A stretch of DNA of 64,000 nt from an uncultured Phycisphaerales bacterium (lineage in GTDB: Bacteria > Planctomycetota > Phycisphaerae > Tepidisphaerales > Tepidisphaeraceae): the NCBI GenBank assembly GCA_963844715.1, contig CAWJPJ010000006.1, forward strand, positions 448,001-512,000. The letters run 5' to 3'. Positions 46,117-57,585 of the stretch are shown one piece after another. Within the stretch, counting starts at the first letter, position 1; each line of letters opens with the position of its first letter. The translations under genes were made by a program, and so were the position numbers. Below the pieces are notes generated by a model. It saw only the letters and a list, made by a program, of their open reading frames with translations, searched no databases and was not told the DNA's origin.

Positions 46117-46178
46117 ATACAAACGCTCCAGCGCAGCGCATTCACAACCGGCCGGAATTTCCCACTTGATCAATCGAA

Positions 46179-47128
46179 TTAGTAAACGTGCGGCACAAAC
46201 GTCTGCGATTCCAGCGGCGGCCGTACATAATCCGGCGGCATCTTCGGCCTCTCCGGCAACACCGGCGGCTCCTTCGGCGTCAAATCCTGGTATGGGATCA
46301 AACTCAGCAGATGCCGGATGCAATTCAATCGCGCCGCCTTCTTGCAATCCGCCCGCACCACCCGCCATGGCGATTGCTTCGTATCCGTATGCGAGAACAT
46401 CGCATCCTTCGCCCGCGAATACTCCACCCACTTCGAGCGTGATTCGATATCCATCGGGCTCAGCTTCCAGCTTCGCGTCACATCGTGCAATCGCTGCTGG
46501 AACCGCTCCTCCTGCACCGCATCGCTCACGCTGAACCAGTATTTCACCAGCAAGATCCCCGACCGGATCAGCATATTCTCAAATTCCGGACAGCTTCTCA
46601 GAAATTCGCTGTACTCATCGTGGGTGCAGAACCCCATTACATGCTCAACCCCCGCGCGGTTGTACCAGCTCCGGTCGAACAGAACCATCTCCCCCGCACT
46701 AGGCAAATGTGGCACATACCGCTGAAAATACCAAGCCGTCTTCTCCCTTTCGCTGGGGCTCCCCAATGCCACGACCCTGCACACCCGCGGATTCAAGCTC
46801 TCCGTGATCCGCTTGATTACGCCCCCCTTCCCCGCCGCGTCGCGCCCTCAAAAATCACCACCACTTTCAACCCCTTGTGCTTGATCCACTGCTGCAATTT
46901 CACCAGTTCAATCTGCAGCTTGGCCAGTTCCTTCTCATATTTCCGATTCTTCATCTCCCGCAGTTCCGCCCGCAGATCCCCATGATGAATCGGCTCCAGC
47001 GCATGGGCCGGTTCGCCGCCCGCGGTAACTCGATCCCCCACCGGCATATCTCGATGCATCGGAAACCCCTCCCCGTTCGAATCCCCGTTTTCCAAATGCT
47101 TATTCTTTTTCTTCTTCTTGAGTTTCAT
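46179..47128 (-). CDS. ppk2: Polyphosphate kinase 2 (frameshift near 46840)
   Basis: LQIELVKLQ, VIFEG-RDAAGKGG, WYFQRY, FDRSWYNRAGVE, WKLSPMD. Confidence 0.93.
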
Positions 47129-47340
47129 AGCGCAGAATCCAATCCAGGATGTGAAGAGACAGCAAGCTAGGAGGCGGCGGGCTAAAAAAGCGGAGCCCAA
47201 GAGTTGGCTGATCTAAGCTCCGAAGTCGCGAAGCTTACAAATTCATTGCCCAAACACAACAAAATATTCGCAAACCAAAATAATTATTTGCCCCGGGCAA
47301 ACCCCACCCACCCCGCGCGCCCACAAAACCCCCCCGCCAT

Positions 47341-47400
47341 TCATTCTGATTTCTGGTTTCGGATTTGATTCGTTATTCGGATTTCCGGTTTCGGACTTTC
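47341..47400. repeat. Single arm of the TTTGATTC heptamer family
   Basis: tcattc tgatttc tggtttc gga tttgattc gttattc ggatttc cggtttc ggacttt. Confidence 0.82.
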
Positions 47401-47525
47401 CCGCGCTCGCGCCAATCCCAGCATCTCCACAGGAAGAAACTGCACCCGTTCCCCCCGCGAAGCTGGTGTAGAACGCTGCACCGGAACCTCCCCCGCGCAC
47501 ACCCTCCCATGCAATCGGCCGGCCG

Positions 47526-48881
47526 TCACACCCTCCGCCGCCGCCGAATCAAAAGCCCCGCGCCACTTATTCCCAGCAAACACATCGACCCCGGCTCTGG
47601 AACCGTGCCAGCCTCAAAGTCTGTCAAGTACACGCCGTCGGCGTACGCGCCGGTCCCGTAATTCACCACAAAACTTCCGCTCCCGTCCGACGTTTCCAGG
47701 CGCTGACCATTCGCGACGTTCAGGAATGACCCCAGAACCGGGCCCATCGTGCAAGATACGGCTTCATAAGTGCTCGATGGGTTGATGTCCGCCAGAGCGC
47801 CGGGTTCGAGGGTGATCTCGTAGTCTCCTTCGAGTGTAAGAGTCGCATTAACCTGAATATATCTGGCCCCCAACGTCGTCAACTCGGTTTGCAGCGTCGC
47901 GCCGCTTGCCAGCGTCGTGGCATTATTGATGATCCCGCCGACACTCCCGTCGGTAATCGTTCCACCGCCGATTGTCAGCCCTGTGGAATCGTTCACAGTC
48001 CCGCCGTTAAGATTGAAGGTGCCGTTGTTCGTGAAGCTGGCCGTGTCGATATAAATCGGCACACTCCCGCCTTTCAGCAGCCCGTTATTGACGAAGGGAC
48101 AATCAATGATGAGGTCGTAATCGCCCGTCTGGTTCGTGCCGGCAATCGTCCCATTGTTGGTGAGCAAGAACGTCCCACTCACGCCGGTCCCATATGTCCA
48201 TGGCCCGGTAATCGTCGTCGTGGACCCAATCGTCGTGTTCGTTCCCGGGGCCAGCGTGGCGTACATCCCGGTGGTGAGATTCATGTTGTTAAGATTCGTT
48301 GTCCCCGGACAGCTCAGCTGACCGAAGAAAAGATCCAATGTCGCATTGTCCAGCGAAACCGTGTTCTCAAACGTGGAGTCCGGCAGATCGGTCACCGACA
48401 CCGTGCCCGAACCAGAAACGCTGACGTTGTTCAGTGTAAATTCATCACCGCTTGTGTCGAAACCAAACGTGCCGCCGTTGAGAGTCACGTTGGTATTGGA
48501 AAGCTCCGTGAGATTGCCCGCGCCGGCAAACGTGGAGCCACTGTCGACCGTTACGGTCCCGCCGGCGAATGCCGCGCTTTCGCCGAGGGTTAAATCCGAA
48601 TTGCCGCTCAGGACGACCGAGTCAACCGTCACCGCGGAGGAATCCGTCACCGTGACGGTTGATCCATTTGAAATTGTCGCCGCGTAATTTACGCCCGAAG
48701 GCGTGCCGTTATTCGGGAAATCCGGATTCGTCGACCACGATGACGCGGTCTGCCAATCGCCGCTGGTCGAGGTCCAGTTTGCCGTCGTATCCCCAAAGGA
48801 AGTCGTGCCCGAACCGACAACAGTACCCATGACGGCTACCACCGCCGCCGCGACCCATCGGCCTCGCCCTAAGCGAGACAT
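47526..48881 (-). CDS. PEP-CTERM sorting domain protein, Thr/Gly/Asn-rich beta-strand repeats
   Basis: Signal peptide; C-terminal VPEPGSMCLLGISGAGLLIRRRRRV. Confidence 0.92.
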   Translation of the reverse strand: MSRLGRGRWVAAAVVAVMGTVVGSGTTSFGDTTANWTSTSGDWQTASSWSTNPDFPNNGTPSGVNYAATISNGSTVTVTDSSAVTVDSVVLSGNSDLTLGESAAFAGGTVTVDSGSTFAGAGNLTELSNTNVTLNGGTFGFDTSGDEFTLNNVSVSGSGTVSVTDLPDSTFENTVSLDNATLDLFFGQLSCPGTTNLNNMNLTTGMYATLAPGTNTTIGSTTTITGPWTYGTGVSGTFLLTNNGTIAGTNQTGDYDLIIDCPFVNNGLLKGGSVPIYIDTASFTNNGTFNLNGGTVNDSTGLTIGGGTITDGSVGGIINNATTLASGATLQTELTTLGARYIQVNATLTLEGDYEITLEPGALADINPSSTYEAVSCTMGPVLGSFLNVANGQRLETSDGSGSFVVNYGTGAYADGVYLTDFEAGTVPEPGSMCLLGISGAGLLIRRRRRV

Positions 48882-49010
48882 GATTTTCCCTTCTCCTGGT
48901 CTCCGCTATCCCGACCCTCTGCGTCCCCCGCCATCCAGGCGGAATGCCGCTCATAAATTAACGTCGCCCACAGATTTTGAAAAGCAAAAACCCCCCGAAT
49001 ACCCCTCCTA

Positions 49011-49046
49011 AATCGTAATATTAATCATAATCTTAATCGTAATCCC
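49011..49046. repeat. Single arm of the 6-nt AATCNT family
   Basis: aatcgt aatatt aatcat aatctt aatcgt aatccc. Confidence 0.8.
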
Positions 49047-49224
49047 TCCCACATCCGGATTTTGAAGGCGTCCCGTGCTCTCCTTTGGCAACCCCGTCAC
49101 TAAGGCCGCGTCCCCGCCTCGAAATCCGCCGCGCCAGCTCCACTGAATAACCCCTCCGCCACCGCCCCGCGCTCTTCTTCCCTGCATGCATCAGCCTTTT
49201 CGTCGCAACCCAACTCCCCATCGC

Positions 49225-51149
49225 TTATTTCCGAAGCGCTTGCAGAAAAGCCGCCCCGTATTTTTTTATCTTGTACGGGCCCATGCCTTTTATCTGCGAC
49301 AAACCCTCTTCGTCGGCGGGAACTTCGACAGCCAGACGCTTCAGCACCGAATCGTGACAAATGACATACGCCGGCAGCGACGCATCCCGCGCGATTTGCG
49401 ACCGCAACGTCCGTAAAAGCTCGAACCGCCTTGCGGCGTCGGGATCGGCGTCCACATCCGGATCGACCGCCCGTCTGCGCGAACGCGCTGCGAATCGATC
49501 TCGCTATCGGCGTTCGCCCTCCGCCGCGGCACGAGATCTTCCAGGCTCGCCGGCGGCGTGTGCTCGCCCTTCATGACGGCGGCCCCCGTCGCCGTCAGTT
49601 CAACCACCGGGCGGAACTTTGTGCCGTCGGCGTCGCGCTGGCGAGCCAGCCCGCTTTCCAGCATCCGGTGCAACATCGCAATCACGCGCTTGATGGACGC
49701 ACCGCGCAACAGGCCGAACGTCGAAAGCCCCTGGAGATTCCATTTGCGGGTGCGCTCGTTTTCGGTTCCCGCCAGCATCTCGGCCACGAGTCCGACGCCG
49801 AATTTTCCGTTGCAGCGGGCGATGCCGGAAAGAATCTTGCGGATCAGTTCGATCAGCTCATCCGAAACGGCCGCCTGGCCCTGGGGAACATCAGCCGCCT
49901 CTTCGCCCGCACAGACGTCGCAGCGGCATTGTTCGATCGGCGTCGGATCTCCAAAATAATCCAGGATCATCTGCCGGCGGCAGCGGCGCGTGGAGGCGTA
50001 TTGGATCATCAATTCCAGCTTCCGCTGAGCGTTTTCCTTCCGGCGGCCGAGGAGGGCCTGATCGATCTGCGGATTTTCCTCCCCAAGCTTGTCGATGAAG
50101 AATTCCTGGGTGTGCCGGTCCTGATAGCTGAATAGAATCGCGCACCGCGCCGGCTGCCCATCGCGCCCCGCCCGCCCCGCTTCCTGGTAGTACGCCTCCA
50201 GCGTCCCCGGAATGTTGTAATGCACGACCAGACGGATGTCCGGCTTGTTGATCCCCATCCCAAAGGCGTTGGTCGCGACAGCGATCGCCCCATCCGTCTG
50301 CATGAACCGATCCTGATTGCCCGTGCGCGTCCCAGCATCCAGCCCCGCGTGATACGGAACGACCAGCCGGCCGCGAAATGATTTGGATAACCCTTCGGAA
50401 ACTTCATCCACAGCCCGCCGAGTCGCGGCATAGACGATGCAACTCCCCGGCTCCGCGCCAAGCATCTCCAGAAGCATCCCCTCTTTCTCCACGACCTTCG
50501 TCACCCGGCGCGATTCATATCGCAACGTCGGACGATCGAATCCCGTCACCACCACCGTCGGATCGTTCAGCTCCAGTTGCGTAATGATGTCATTGCGAAC
50601 GTCCTCGGTAGCAGTCGCCGTCAGGGCGATCGTCGGCGGCATCCCCATCAGCCGCCGCGCCTCCCCCAGCCGGGCGTATTCCGGCCGAAAATCATGCCCC
50701 CACTGGCTGATGCAATGGGCCTCATCCACGGCCAGAAGCCGCGGATTTAATTTCCGCAGCACAGGCTCAAATTGCGCCGAAAAAATGCGCTCCGGCGCAA
50801 CGTAGAGTAATCCGGAAAACCCATCCTGCAATTCCGCGATGACCTGCCTCTGCAAACTGGCCGACAGCGAACTGTTCAGCAGCACGGCCGGCACGTCCTC
50901 ATCCCGCAATTGCTGAACCTGATCCTCCATGAGCGAGATCAAAGGCGAGACGACGATGGTGAGTCCCTCGCCCACCGCCGCCGGAAGTTGATAGCAAAGG
51001 CTCTTGCCCGCCCCCGTCGGCATGACGCAGAGCACATCCCGGCCGGAAAGGACATCTTCGATGACTTCCCGCTGGGCGGGGCGGAAATCGTCCAAGCCGA
51101 AGATTTCTTGAAGTTGATCGCGGAGGTCGGGCATGTTCGTGGTTTGCAT
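49225..51149 (-). CDS. recQ: RecQ family DNA helicase with RQC and HRDC domains (frameshift near 49460)
   Basis: MPTGAGKSLCYQ, VDEAHCISQWGHDFRP, AFGMGINK, QEAGRAGRDG, CRCDVC; HRDC PAYVICHD in the second frame. Confidence 0.94.
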
Positions 51150-51719
51150 TATACGGAGGACGATGCCGCCGGTGGAGTTGCGCGCGCCCGATTGATCCCC
51201 TCGTCCAGAGCATCGACGACTCTTGAGATAAGTTTCCATGACTTACCGGTCATAGCGCGATGCATAACCCGACCGGATTGAACCAATTCCAGTTCTCCGA
51301 CATAGGTAAAGATAAGCCACGACCTGATTTTTCGTTTCCGAACGTTGATGTCGGGTTCGATTGGAAATTCACTGAGCGGCTTGATCTTCGACGGTTCCCA
51401 AAACATAATCTTGTTGCCTTCGACGGCAAATGTCGGACGAATCCGCCTCTGTCTAAACCGCCGGAGCGATCTAACCGCACCGAACGCAGAAAACGCCCCT
51501 ATAACTAACCAGAACCCCACCTTTAGGACATCTTCAACCGAACGCACGAATCCATCAATATCGACGTGCAGGATCAACGCAAAAATGACCACACAAGCGC
51601 CAGCGCACCGCTCAATGCCGCCAGAAGTGCCCATCCGCGCGACTCCCCGAGCAGCGTGACTCTTACCCCTTCCTGCGTAGGTTCAATTAAAATCCCCTTT
51701 TCCGAACTCGGGCCTGCAT
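51149..51719 (-). CDS. Hypothetical membrane protein (2 TM plus soluble domain), 5' end frameshifted
   Basis: 161 aa ORF extendable upstream (GILIEPTQEGVRVTLLG...); its TAA overlaps the recQ ATG. Confidence 0.55.
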
Positions 51720-51751
51720 AAGACAATACTGTGTTCTGTCGCATCGAATCT

Positions 51752-52873
51752 TTAGGCCGCCGATTGCGCCCATTCCCTCAGCCGATGCAACGTCTCTTGA
51801 GAAACCGATTTCGTGGTATCGCGAATCGCCGTCCGAATCGCCTCATCAGTAATGTTATGCTCCTCCCCCGTCACGCTTTTGAGAAACGGAATCACTGCCG
51901 CCCGGTCGCAGATATATTTGATATCCGCCCCGCTGTACCCGTCCAGCGTCTCCGCCAGCGCGTCCAGATTCACGTCCGCCGCGATCGGCCGATGCGATAG
52001 ATACATTTCCAGCATTTTCCGCCGCGCCGCCAGGTCCGGCAGCGGAATATAAATCTTCTCATCAAACCGACCGGGTCTGAGAACAGCCGGGTCCAATTGC
52101 CACGGGACGTTCGTTGCCCCCATAAACAGAATCGAGTTGCTTTCCGACTTATCAAACCCCTCCATCCCCTGAAGAATCTGCGGCACGACGCGCTGCATGA
52201 CGCTCGAGCCTTCGTCCCGCCTTGCCGGAATCAGCGATTCGATTTCGTCGATGAAAATGATGCTGCGCGGCTGGCTCGCGGCGGCGGCGAATAATTTCTG
52301 GATGTTCTGTTCCGCCTCGCCGACCCATTTGCTGAGCATGTCGGCGGCGGAGACGCGAAAGAACGCGGCGTCGATCTCGCCGGCGGTGGCGCGGGCGAGC
52401 ATGGTTTTTCCGGTTCCCGGCGGCCATAAAGGAGGACCCCGCCGCCGCCGCGAATGCCGAATTTCTTAGCTAAGTCCGCGTGCGCGAACGGGTAGATCAT
52501 CTTCAGCCGGATTTCGTGCTTCACTTCGTCCAGGCCCGCGACGTCATCGAGCCGAAGCTTCGGCCGATCTTTAACCAGCCAGTTTTGTGCCGACGCCGCC
52601 CCCGAATCGCTCGAATCCGCCGCCGACATCGCCGGGCGGGCCGGGCGCTTCTGCTCGCGGGCGGTTTTGCAGTCGCGCGCCAGCTCCAATAGTCGCTCGG
52701 CCATCTCCTGCCGGGCCTGGCGAAGCTCCGGCGTCTGGGCCCCGCGGCTCAATTGAGTCATCGCTCGGGCCGCTTCCAGGAGATAAATCCTGCGCCGATT
52801 CCCACTGCCCCCCGCGCCGGGCGTCCAGCCCTTTTTGCCGATAACGCTCAAACGTATCCCACGAAACCGTCAT
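51752..52873 (-). CDS. Single-ring AAA ATPase, Vps4/CdvC-like, with helical MIT-like N-terminus (two frameshifts)
   Basis: DDVAGLDEVK, LLYG-PPGTGKT, SKWVGEAE, IFIDEIE, GATNVPWQLDPAVLRPGRFDEKIYIPLPD, GYSGADI. Confidence 0.85.
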
Positions 52874-52990
52874 GCAAAGATTGTAGCAAATTCGAAGAAG
52901 TGGAAAGCGGCCTCGGAAAGCCCTCTTTTTTTGCATTTTTGCCCGGATGCTCCATAATTCGATTCCGGACGGCACTCATCGGAGGAATTT

Positions 52991-53887
52991 GTGGCAAGAG
53001 AACCCTGGCGGGCATTTCGCGTCGGATCATGGGCGTCCGCCGCGGCGGCAATTGGCATGGTAGCGCTGCTTATCAGCCGTTCGCCCGTCGCCCGCGCCCA
53101 GACCAGCGGAACCACGGACGTCCTCAAACTTCAGCTTGAGGTCGATGCTCTTTCAACCATCAACGATCTGCATTTAACCCCCTCGCAATTGTCCGCCTTG
53201 CAGGATTTGGCCGCCGATACGACCGCCGCTTTGCCCGCGGGTTCGATGAACGTCTCCGCCGCCCGCGCCACGGCTTTGGCGGAATTGAAAGCCGCCTTGC
53301 TTACGGGCAACGACGACAAGATCGACGACGCCGAGGATAACGTCTCGTCCCTTGAGGATGAGGACAACGGCGACGACGAGCCGGATATCGAGCCGACCGA
53401 CGCCGCCAAAGGGAAGGTCACCCAGGCAATCAAGCTACTGACCGCCCGGCAGCTTGCCGGTTATATCTCGGCAAATTCCGACGATGTCCCGGACCCGGCG
53501 GAAATCCTCACCGACGCCGTCAACAAGTGCCAAGATGTCTCCAAGGACGATTACGATTCTTTGAAGGACGACACAACCGATCAGTTGGGTGAATTGGCCG
53601 GAGGACTGTCGCCGACCAAAACGCCCGCCATCATCGGAAAGGCGGCGCGCTTTCTGGACGCGGCCCGCAAACTCTCCCCGACGGATTTCAAAAACCAGCT
53701 CCCCCCCCTTCAGGATGAGGCCCGCAAGCTGGGCGGCTCGATTGATCCGGTGGTTTGCATCCGGCACTGGATGGAGTCGGACCTGGCCGATCTCCTTTCT
53801 AATCCCCAGTTGCCACAGGCTTTAGCGGATCACGGCGTCACACCAAAACCGGCGGGAAATAACGATCAAACATCGGCGTTTAACTGA
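52991..53887 (+). CDS. Secreted acidic alpha-helical hypothetical protein
   Basis: Signal peptide (ARA-Q), Asp-rich segment DDKIDDAEDNVSSLEDEDNGDDEPD. Confidence 0.72.
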   Translation: MAREPWRAFRVGSWASAAAAIGMVALLISRSPVARAQTSGTTDVLKLQLEVDALSTINDLHLTPSQLSALQDLAADTTAALPAGSMNVSAARATALAELKAALLTGNDDKIDDAEDNVSSLEDEDNGDDEPDIEPTDAAKGKVTQAIKLLTARQLAGYISANSDDVPDPAEILTDAVNKCQDVSKDDYDSLKDDTTDQLGELAGGLSPTKTPAIIGKAARFLDAARKLSPTDFKNQLPPLQDEARKLGGSIDPVVCIRHWMESDLADLLSNPQLPQALADHGVTPKPAGNNDQTSAFN

Positions 53888-53923
53888 TTGATGGGGCGGG
53901 AAAACCTGGAGCGAGGGCTGCAC

Positions 53924-54190
53924 ATGGCGGGAAGAAAGCTTCTGATCCTGATTGCGACACTGGCCATCGGTCTGACCACTTTATTGCCCGACGAAGGCCT
54001 TGCAGGAACAACGCCAGGCGCCCCAGGCGTGACCGAGCCGCAGTATATGACCGTGATGGCGGTCAAGCATCGCCGCAGGCGCCGTCACATTCGCGTTCTC
54101 CTGATCAAAAACAAGCACCACAAGCACCATAAGCATCACAAGAAACGCAGAAGGCGCCATCATAAGATGTCGACCAATCGCGCGGCCTGA
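53924..54190 (+). CDS. Small secreted His/Lys/Arg-rich protein
   Basis: MAGRKLLILIATLAIG signal, KHRRRRRH...KHHKHHKHHKKRRRRHHK. Confidence 0.55.
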   Translation: MAGRKLLILIATLAIGLTTLLPDEGLAGTTPGAPGVTEPQYMTVMAVKHRRRRRHIRVLLIKNKHHKHHKHHKKRRRRHHKMSTNRAA

Positions 54191-56632
54191 TCATCCCGGC
54201 TCAAGCTTCAGGTAAATCACCGTCACAGAATACGCCGGCACGTCGTCGTGAAAGATCGGCGATACCTCCGTCAAATCCCTCCGATGCGGCGCGACTTTCA
54301 TCGGCGCGGCGATCGAATTGAAATCGCCCGGCTGGCCCGTCAGAACTTCCGTCCTGGCCCAGGGAAGCAGGTGCTCAATCCCCATCAAGTCAAACTCAAA
54401 TCGCCGGGCCTGATCCGCGGTATTGACGATCTGCAAAGTCATCTGAGACCCGTCCACGGATCGGCTCGCCAAGGCAAAAAGCGTCGGCGTCGGCGGAACC
54501 GGCGCGTCCACACCTTGATTGGTGAGCTGCCCGTCGAGATAACATTGAATTTTTCGGCCATACACCACAACCCGCAGATCATGCCATTTGCCAGATTCGA
54601 GCGTAATCGGCTGGGAGTCGCCGATCGCCGTGGTGACCCCGTCGGAAACCCTTTCGATCTTGGCCGCAGTGTTGTGCGATCCCCCGATCGTCCAGCGCAC
54701 GAAATCTTCGGCATCCCGGTAATGAACGTAGACGATGATGCCGTTTTCCCCATCGAGTTTTCTCGCCTTGAGTGAGATCGTGTAATCCGCAAGGCCCGCA
54801 TCGCCCGCAGTCGCCCGGCAGTCGCCGCGATCCGACGATTGACGCAGCGCCCCGTCCACCACACTCCAGTTCCCCTTGCTTAGTTTCCATCCGTCAGCTC
54901 CGCTCGTCGCATCCCATTGAAAAATGGAGCGATCACCGGCGCTGACCGAAATGTCCTTGAATTCCGCGCTGGTACTGGTGGACCCAACCCCAAATCCGCC
55001 GCTCGGCATCGCCGGCGAGGGGTTCGTCGCCGCGTCCGGCAACTCAATCCGCAGCGGCAAAATTCGCTGCCCGCGAATTCCCGTGAACATTTTCTGCACA
55101 TAATACGACGGCGAGCCGAAGCTGCTCACCGCGTCATATCCGACTAAATTGGTCGACCATTGCGAAGCCCCGGGGTTCACATTCACCAGCAGCGGCGCGT
55201 AACACGACATCACAACCAGGTCCGAATTCCTCTCCATCCCCATCAGCCAGACCGCATCGGCAAGAGACGCCCGCAGATTCGGCGTCGGCTTGCCTTCCTT
55301 CGTCGCCCACTCGCCGACAAACACTTTCGGCCCGGAACGTTCCTGATCGTCGTAATGGTCTGCGTCGCGTTCCATGTGGCGATGGGAGCGGTAAAAATGA
55401 TCGTCGCGCAAATCCGGAGTCCGGCTCCCCACGCCGGCTGTGGCAATAATCTTCAGCTTCGGATATTTCGCCTTGATGGCGTCGTAAAACTGAGTGAACC
55501 GGTCGTCGTAGCTTTGCGAGCGATCGAAAAAGTCCTCATTGCCGATTTCGACATAATTCAAACGAAACGGACTGGCGTGCCCTTCGATTGCCCGCGCACG
55601 ACCCCAGTGCGTGGAAGGACCACCAGTAATGAATTCAATCTCATCTAGCGCGTCCTGAACATAGGGCGCCAGGTCCTTTCCCGGCTTCACGACTTCCCCT
55701 TTCAGCGAATACCCCGCATAAACGGCCAGCACCGGCTCCATGTGCAAATCCTCGCACCATTGGCAGAACTCCATCAGACCCATTCCGTCCGATGAGCGAT
55801 ATCCCCACGGCCCCATGTGCCCGGGCCGCTGGTCCAGAGCGCCGATCGTCTTCTTCCAATCGAATCGATCGGCGATGGTGTTCCCTTCCAGATAATTTCC
55901 ACCCGGAAAGCGCAAAAATGCGGGATGCAGGTCTGCCAGAAGTTTCATCAAATCGATGCGATTGCCGTTGGGGCGATTGTCGTAAGTCGGCGGGAAAAGG
56001 GAGACGAGGTTCAGCCAGATATTCCCGGGACTGGAAGCCGAAATCACCAGCCGATTGTCCGCGCTCGCCGGCACGCTGCCGGTTTGCAGGATCGTCCAAT
56101 ACTGCTGCCAGGCGGTGGAAATCTTCGGGACGATGCCCGTCGCATAGATGATCTTGCCGTTTTTTGATTCGATATCGACTGCGATCGGCCCCGAGAAATC
56201 CGGGCTTCCCCGCGCCCAGAATGACGCGGTATACCGCGTCGTGGGCCAGACCGGAATTCCCCAGAACCCGTCGTTGGCAACCCCAACTCGCCCGTGATTG
56301 ATATCCAAACGCAAACTGGCCGAGAGGGCCCCATGAGTCAGCGGATCAGACCCATCCAGCGCCATCGCCCCATCGGCATCCGCATCCTCGACCAGCGACC
56401 AATGCACAGGCTTGTCCGGGTCATCCTTGAAAATCCGATTCTGAACCAGCTCCGCATACAGACCGCCGTCGTACGAATGATTGATCTCCTCCGTCATCAG
56501 CCCAAAGAGGCGCGGGCTGATCGTGATTCCCGGCTGATCCATTTCAACCGTGATGGTTCCGCTCGATTGCCCCAGCGCGACGCCGCTCCAGATAAACAGC
56601 GCACAGATCGCGACGACGGTTTTTGTATTCAC
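54191..56632 (-). CDS. Alpha-L-arabinofuranosidase (GH51) with CBM-like and inserted lectin-like domains
   Basis: EEINHSYDGGLYAELVQNR, LRFPGGNYLEG, VEIGNED, FVGEWA, MERNSDLV, YAPL. Confidence 0.92.
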   Translation of the reverse strand: MNTKTVVAICALFIWSGVALGQSSGTITVEMDQPGITISPRLFGLMTEEINHSYDGGLYAELVQNRIFKDDPDKPVHWSLVEDADADGAMALDGSDPLTHGALSASLRLDINHGRVGVANDGFWGIPVWPTTRYTASFWARGSPDFSGPIAVDIESKNGKIIYATGIVPKISTAWQQYWTILQTGSVPASADNRLVISASSPGNIWLNLVSLFPPTYDNRPNGNRIDLMKLLADLHPAFLRFPGGNYLEGNTIADRFDWKKTIGALDQRPGHMGPWGYRSSDGMGLMEFCQWCEDLHMEPVLAVYAGYSLKGEVVKPGKDLAPYVQDALDEIEFITGGPSTHWGRARAIEGHASPFRLNYVEIGNEDFFDRSQSYDDRFTQFYDAIKAKYPKLKIIATAGVGSRTPDLRDDHFYRSHRHMERDADHYDDQERSGPKVFVGEWATKEGKPTPNLRASLADAVWLMGMERNSDLVVMSCYAPLLVNVNPGASQWSTNLVGYDAVSSFGSPSYYVQKMFTGIRGQRILPLRIELPDAATNPSPAMPSGGFGVGSTSTSAEFKDISVSAGDRSIFQWDATSGADGWKLSKGNWSVVDGALRQSSDRGDCRATAGDAGLADYTISLKARKLDGENGIIVYVHYRDAEDFVRWTIGGSHNTAAKIERVSDGVTTAIGDSQPITLESGKWHDLRVVVYGRKIQCYLDGQLTNQGVDAPVPPTPTLFALASRSVDGSQMTLQIVNTADQARRFEFDLMGIEHLLPWARTEVLTGQPGDFNSIAAPMKVAPHRRDLTEVSPIFHDDVPAYSVTVIYLKLEPG

Positions 56633-57585
56633 GTGATCGGCTTTCGTTTTTTACGCGCCCGGCGGGCCAACAGCTCATCCACCGTCGCGCCAAGAAGAAT
56701 GACCGTGCCCATCACGGCCAGATTCAGCGAACTTGGAATTCCAAGCAAATTCACCAGGTTCTGCAAGACCTGAAGCAGGGCGCTCCCCAGGAGAATGCCG
56801 ATGATCGACCCCTCCCCGCCGCGCAAACTGCACCCGCCCAACACGGCCCCGGCAATTCCGTATAGCTCATAGGACGCCCCATGCCCGCTGGGCGAAACCG
56901 AATTGGTGTAGAACGCCAGTTGAATCCCGGAGATCGCCGCCAGAAGCATGGAGACGGCATACGCCGACCCGATCACCAGCCGCGTATTAATTCCCGAATA
57001 TCGCGACGCTTCCTCGTTGCGCCCGACCGCGAACAAATGCCGGCCATAGACCGATCGGTGCAGAACCACCCACATCACCGCCGCGACGATCAGCAGCGTG
57101 ACAAACGCCATCGGCACATGCCCGACCCGCCCCGTCGCCAGCGGCCTGAGCCAGCCAAAATTGCTTGTGCCGAAGCCTTTGGTCTCGTCATTGGCGACGA
57201 AGCGCGCCAGCCCGCGGTAGATCAGCAAGCCGCACAACGTCACGACGAACGGCTGAAGCCGCAGAACCGTGATGAGAATCCCATGAATCACACCCAGCAG
57301 CACCACGCCGAGGATGACCGCCGCCGTCGCCACAGGCCATGGCCAATGATATTGCATGAGAAGCATCGACAGCACGACGCCTTGCAGCGCGAAGACGGAG
57401 CCGACCGACAAGTCGATCCCGCCCGTGATGATGACGATCCCCATGCCAATGCTGAAGATTCCATACATGCCGATGAGACGGGACGTGTTCTGAAGATTCG
57501 CCGTGCTCAGGAATTTGGGATTAAGAATCGCGACCGTAGCGCAGAGCGCGGCCAGAAGGAATCCAATCCCCAGTTCCTTCTTCAT
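56629..57585 (-). CDS. Monosaccharide ABC transporter permease (RbsC-like)
   Basis: [44 protein letters not shown]. Confidence 0.93.
   Translation of the reverse strand: MKKELGIGFLLAALCATVAILNPKFLSTANLQNTSRLIGMYGIFSIGMGIVIITGGIDLSVGSVFALQGVVLSMLLMQYHWPWPVATAAVILGVVLLGVIHGILITVLRLQPFVVTLCGLLIYRGLARFVANDETKGFGTSNFGWLRPLATGRVGHVPMAFVTLLIVAAVMWVVLHRSVYGRHLFAVGRNEEASRYSGINTRLVIGSAYAVSMLLAAISGIQLAFYTNSVSPSGHGASYELYGIAGAVLGGCSLRGGEGSIIGILLGSALLQVLQNLVNLLGIPSSLNLAVMGTVILLGATVDELLARRARKKRKPIT

Noticed and set aside
48900..48955. Possible c-di-GMP-I riboswitch upstream of the PEP-CTERM gene (GGCA..stem..GGGACGCAGAG on the minus strand)
   Set aside because: Lacks the GGCAAA/GNRA tetraloop and receptor features; a cmsearch against the Rfam model would decide
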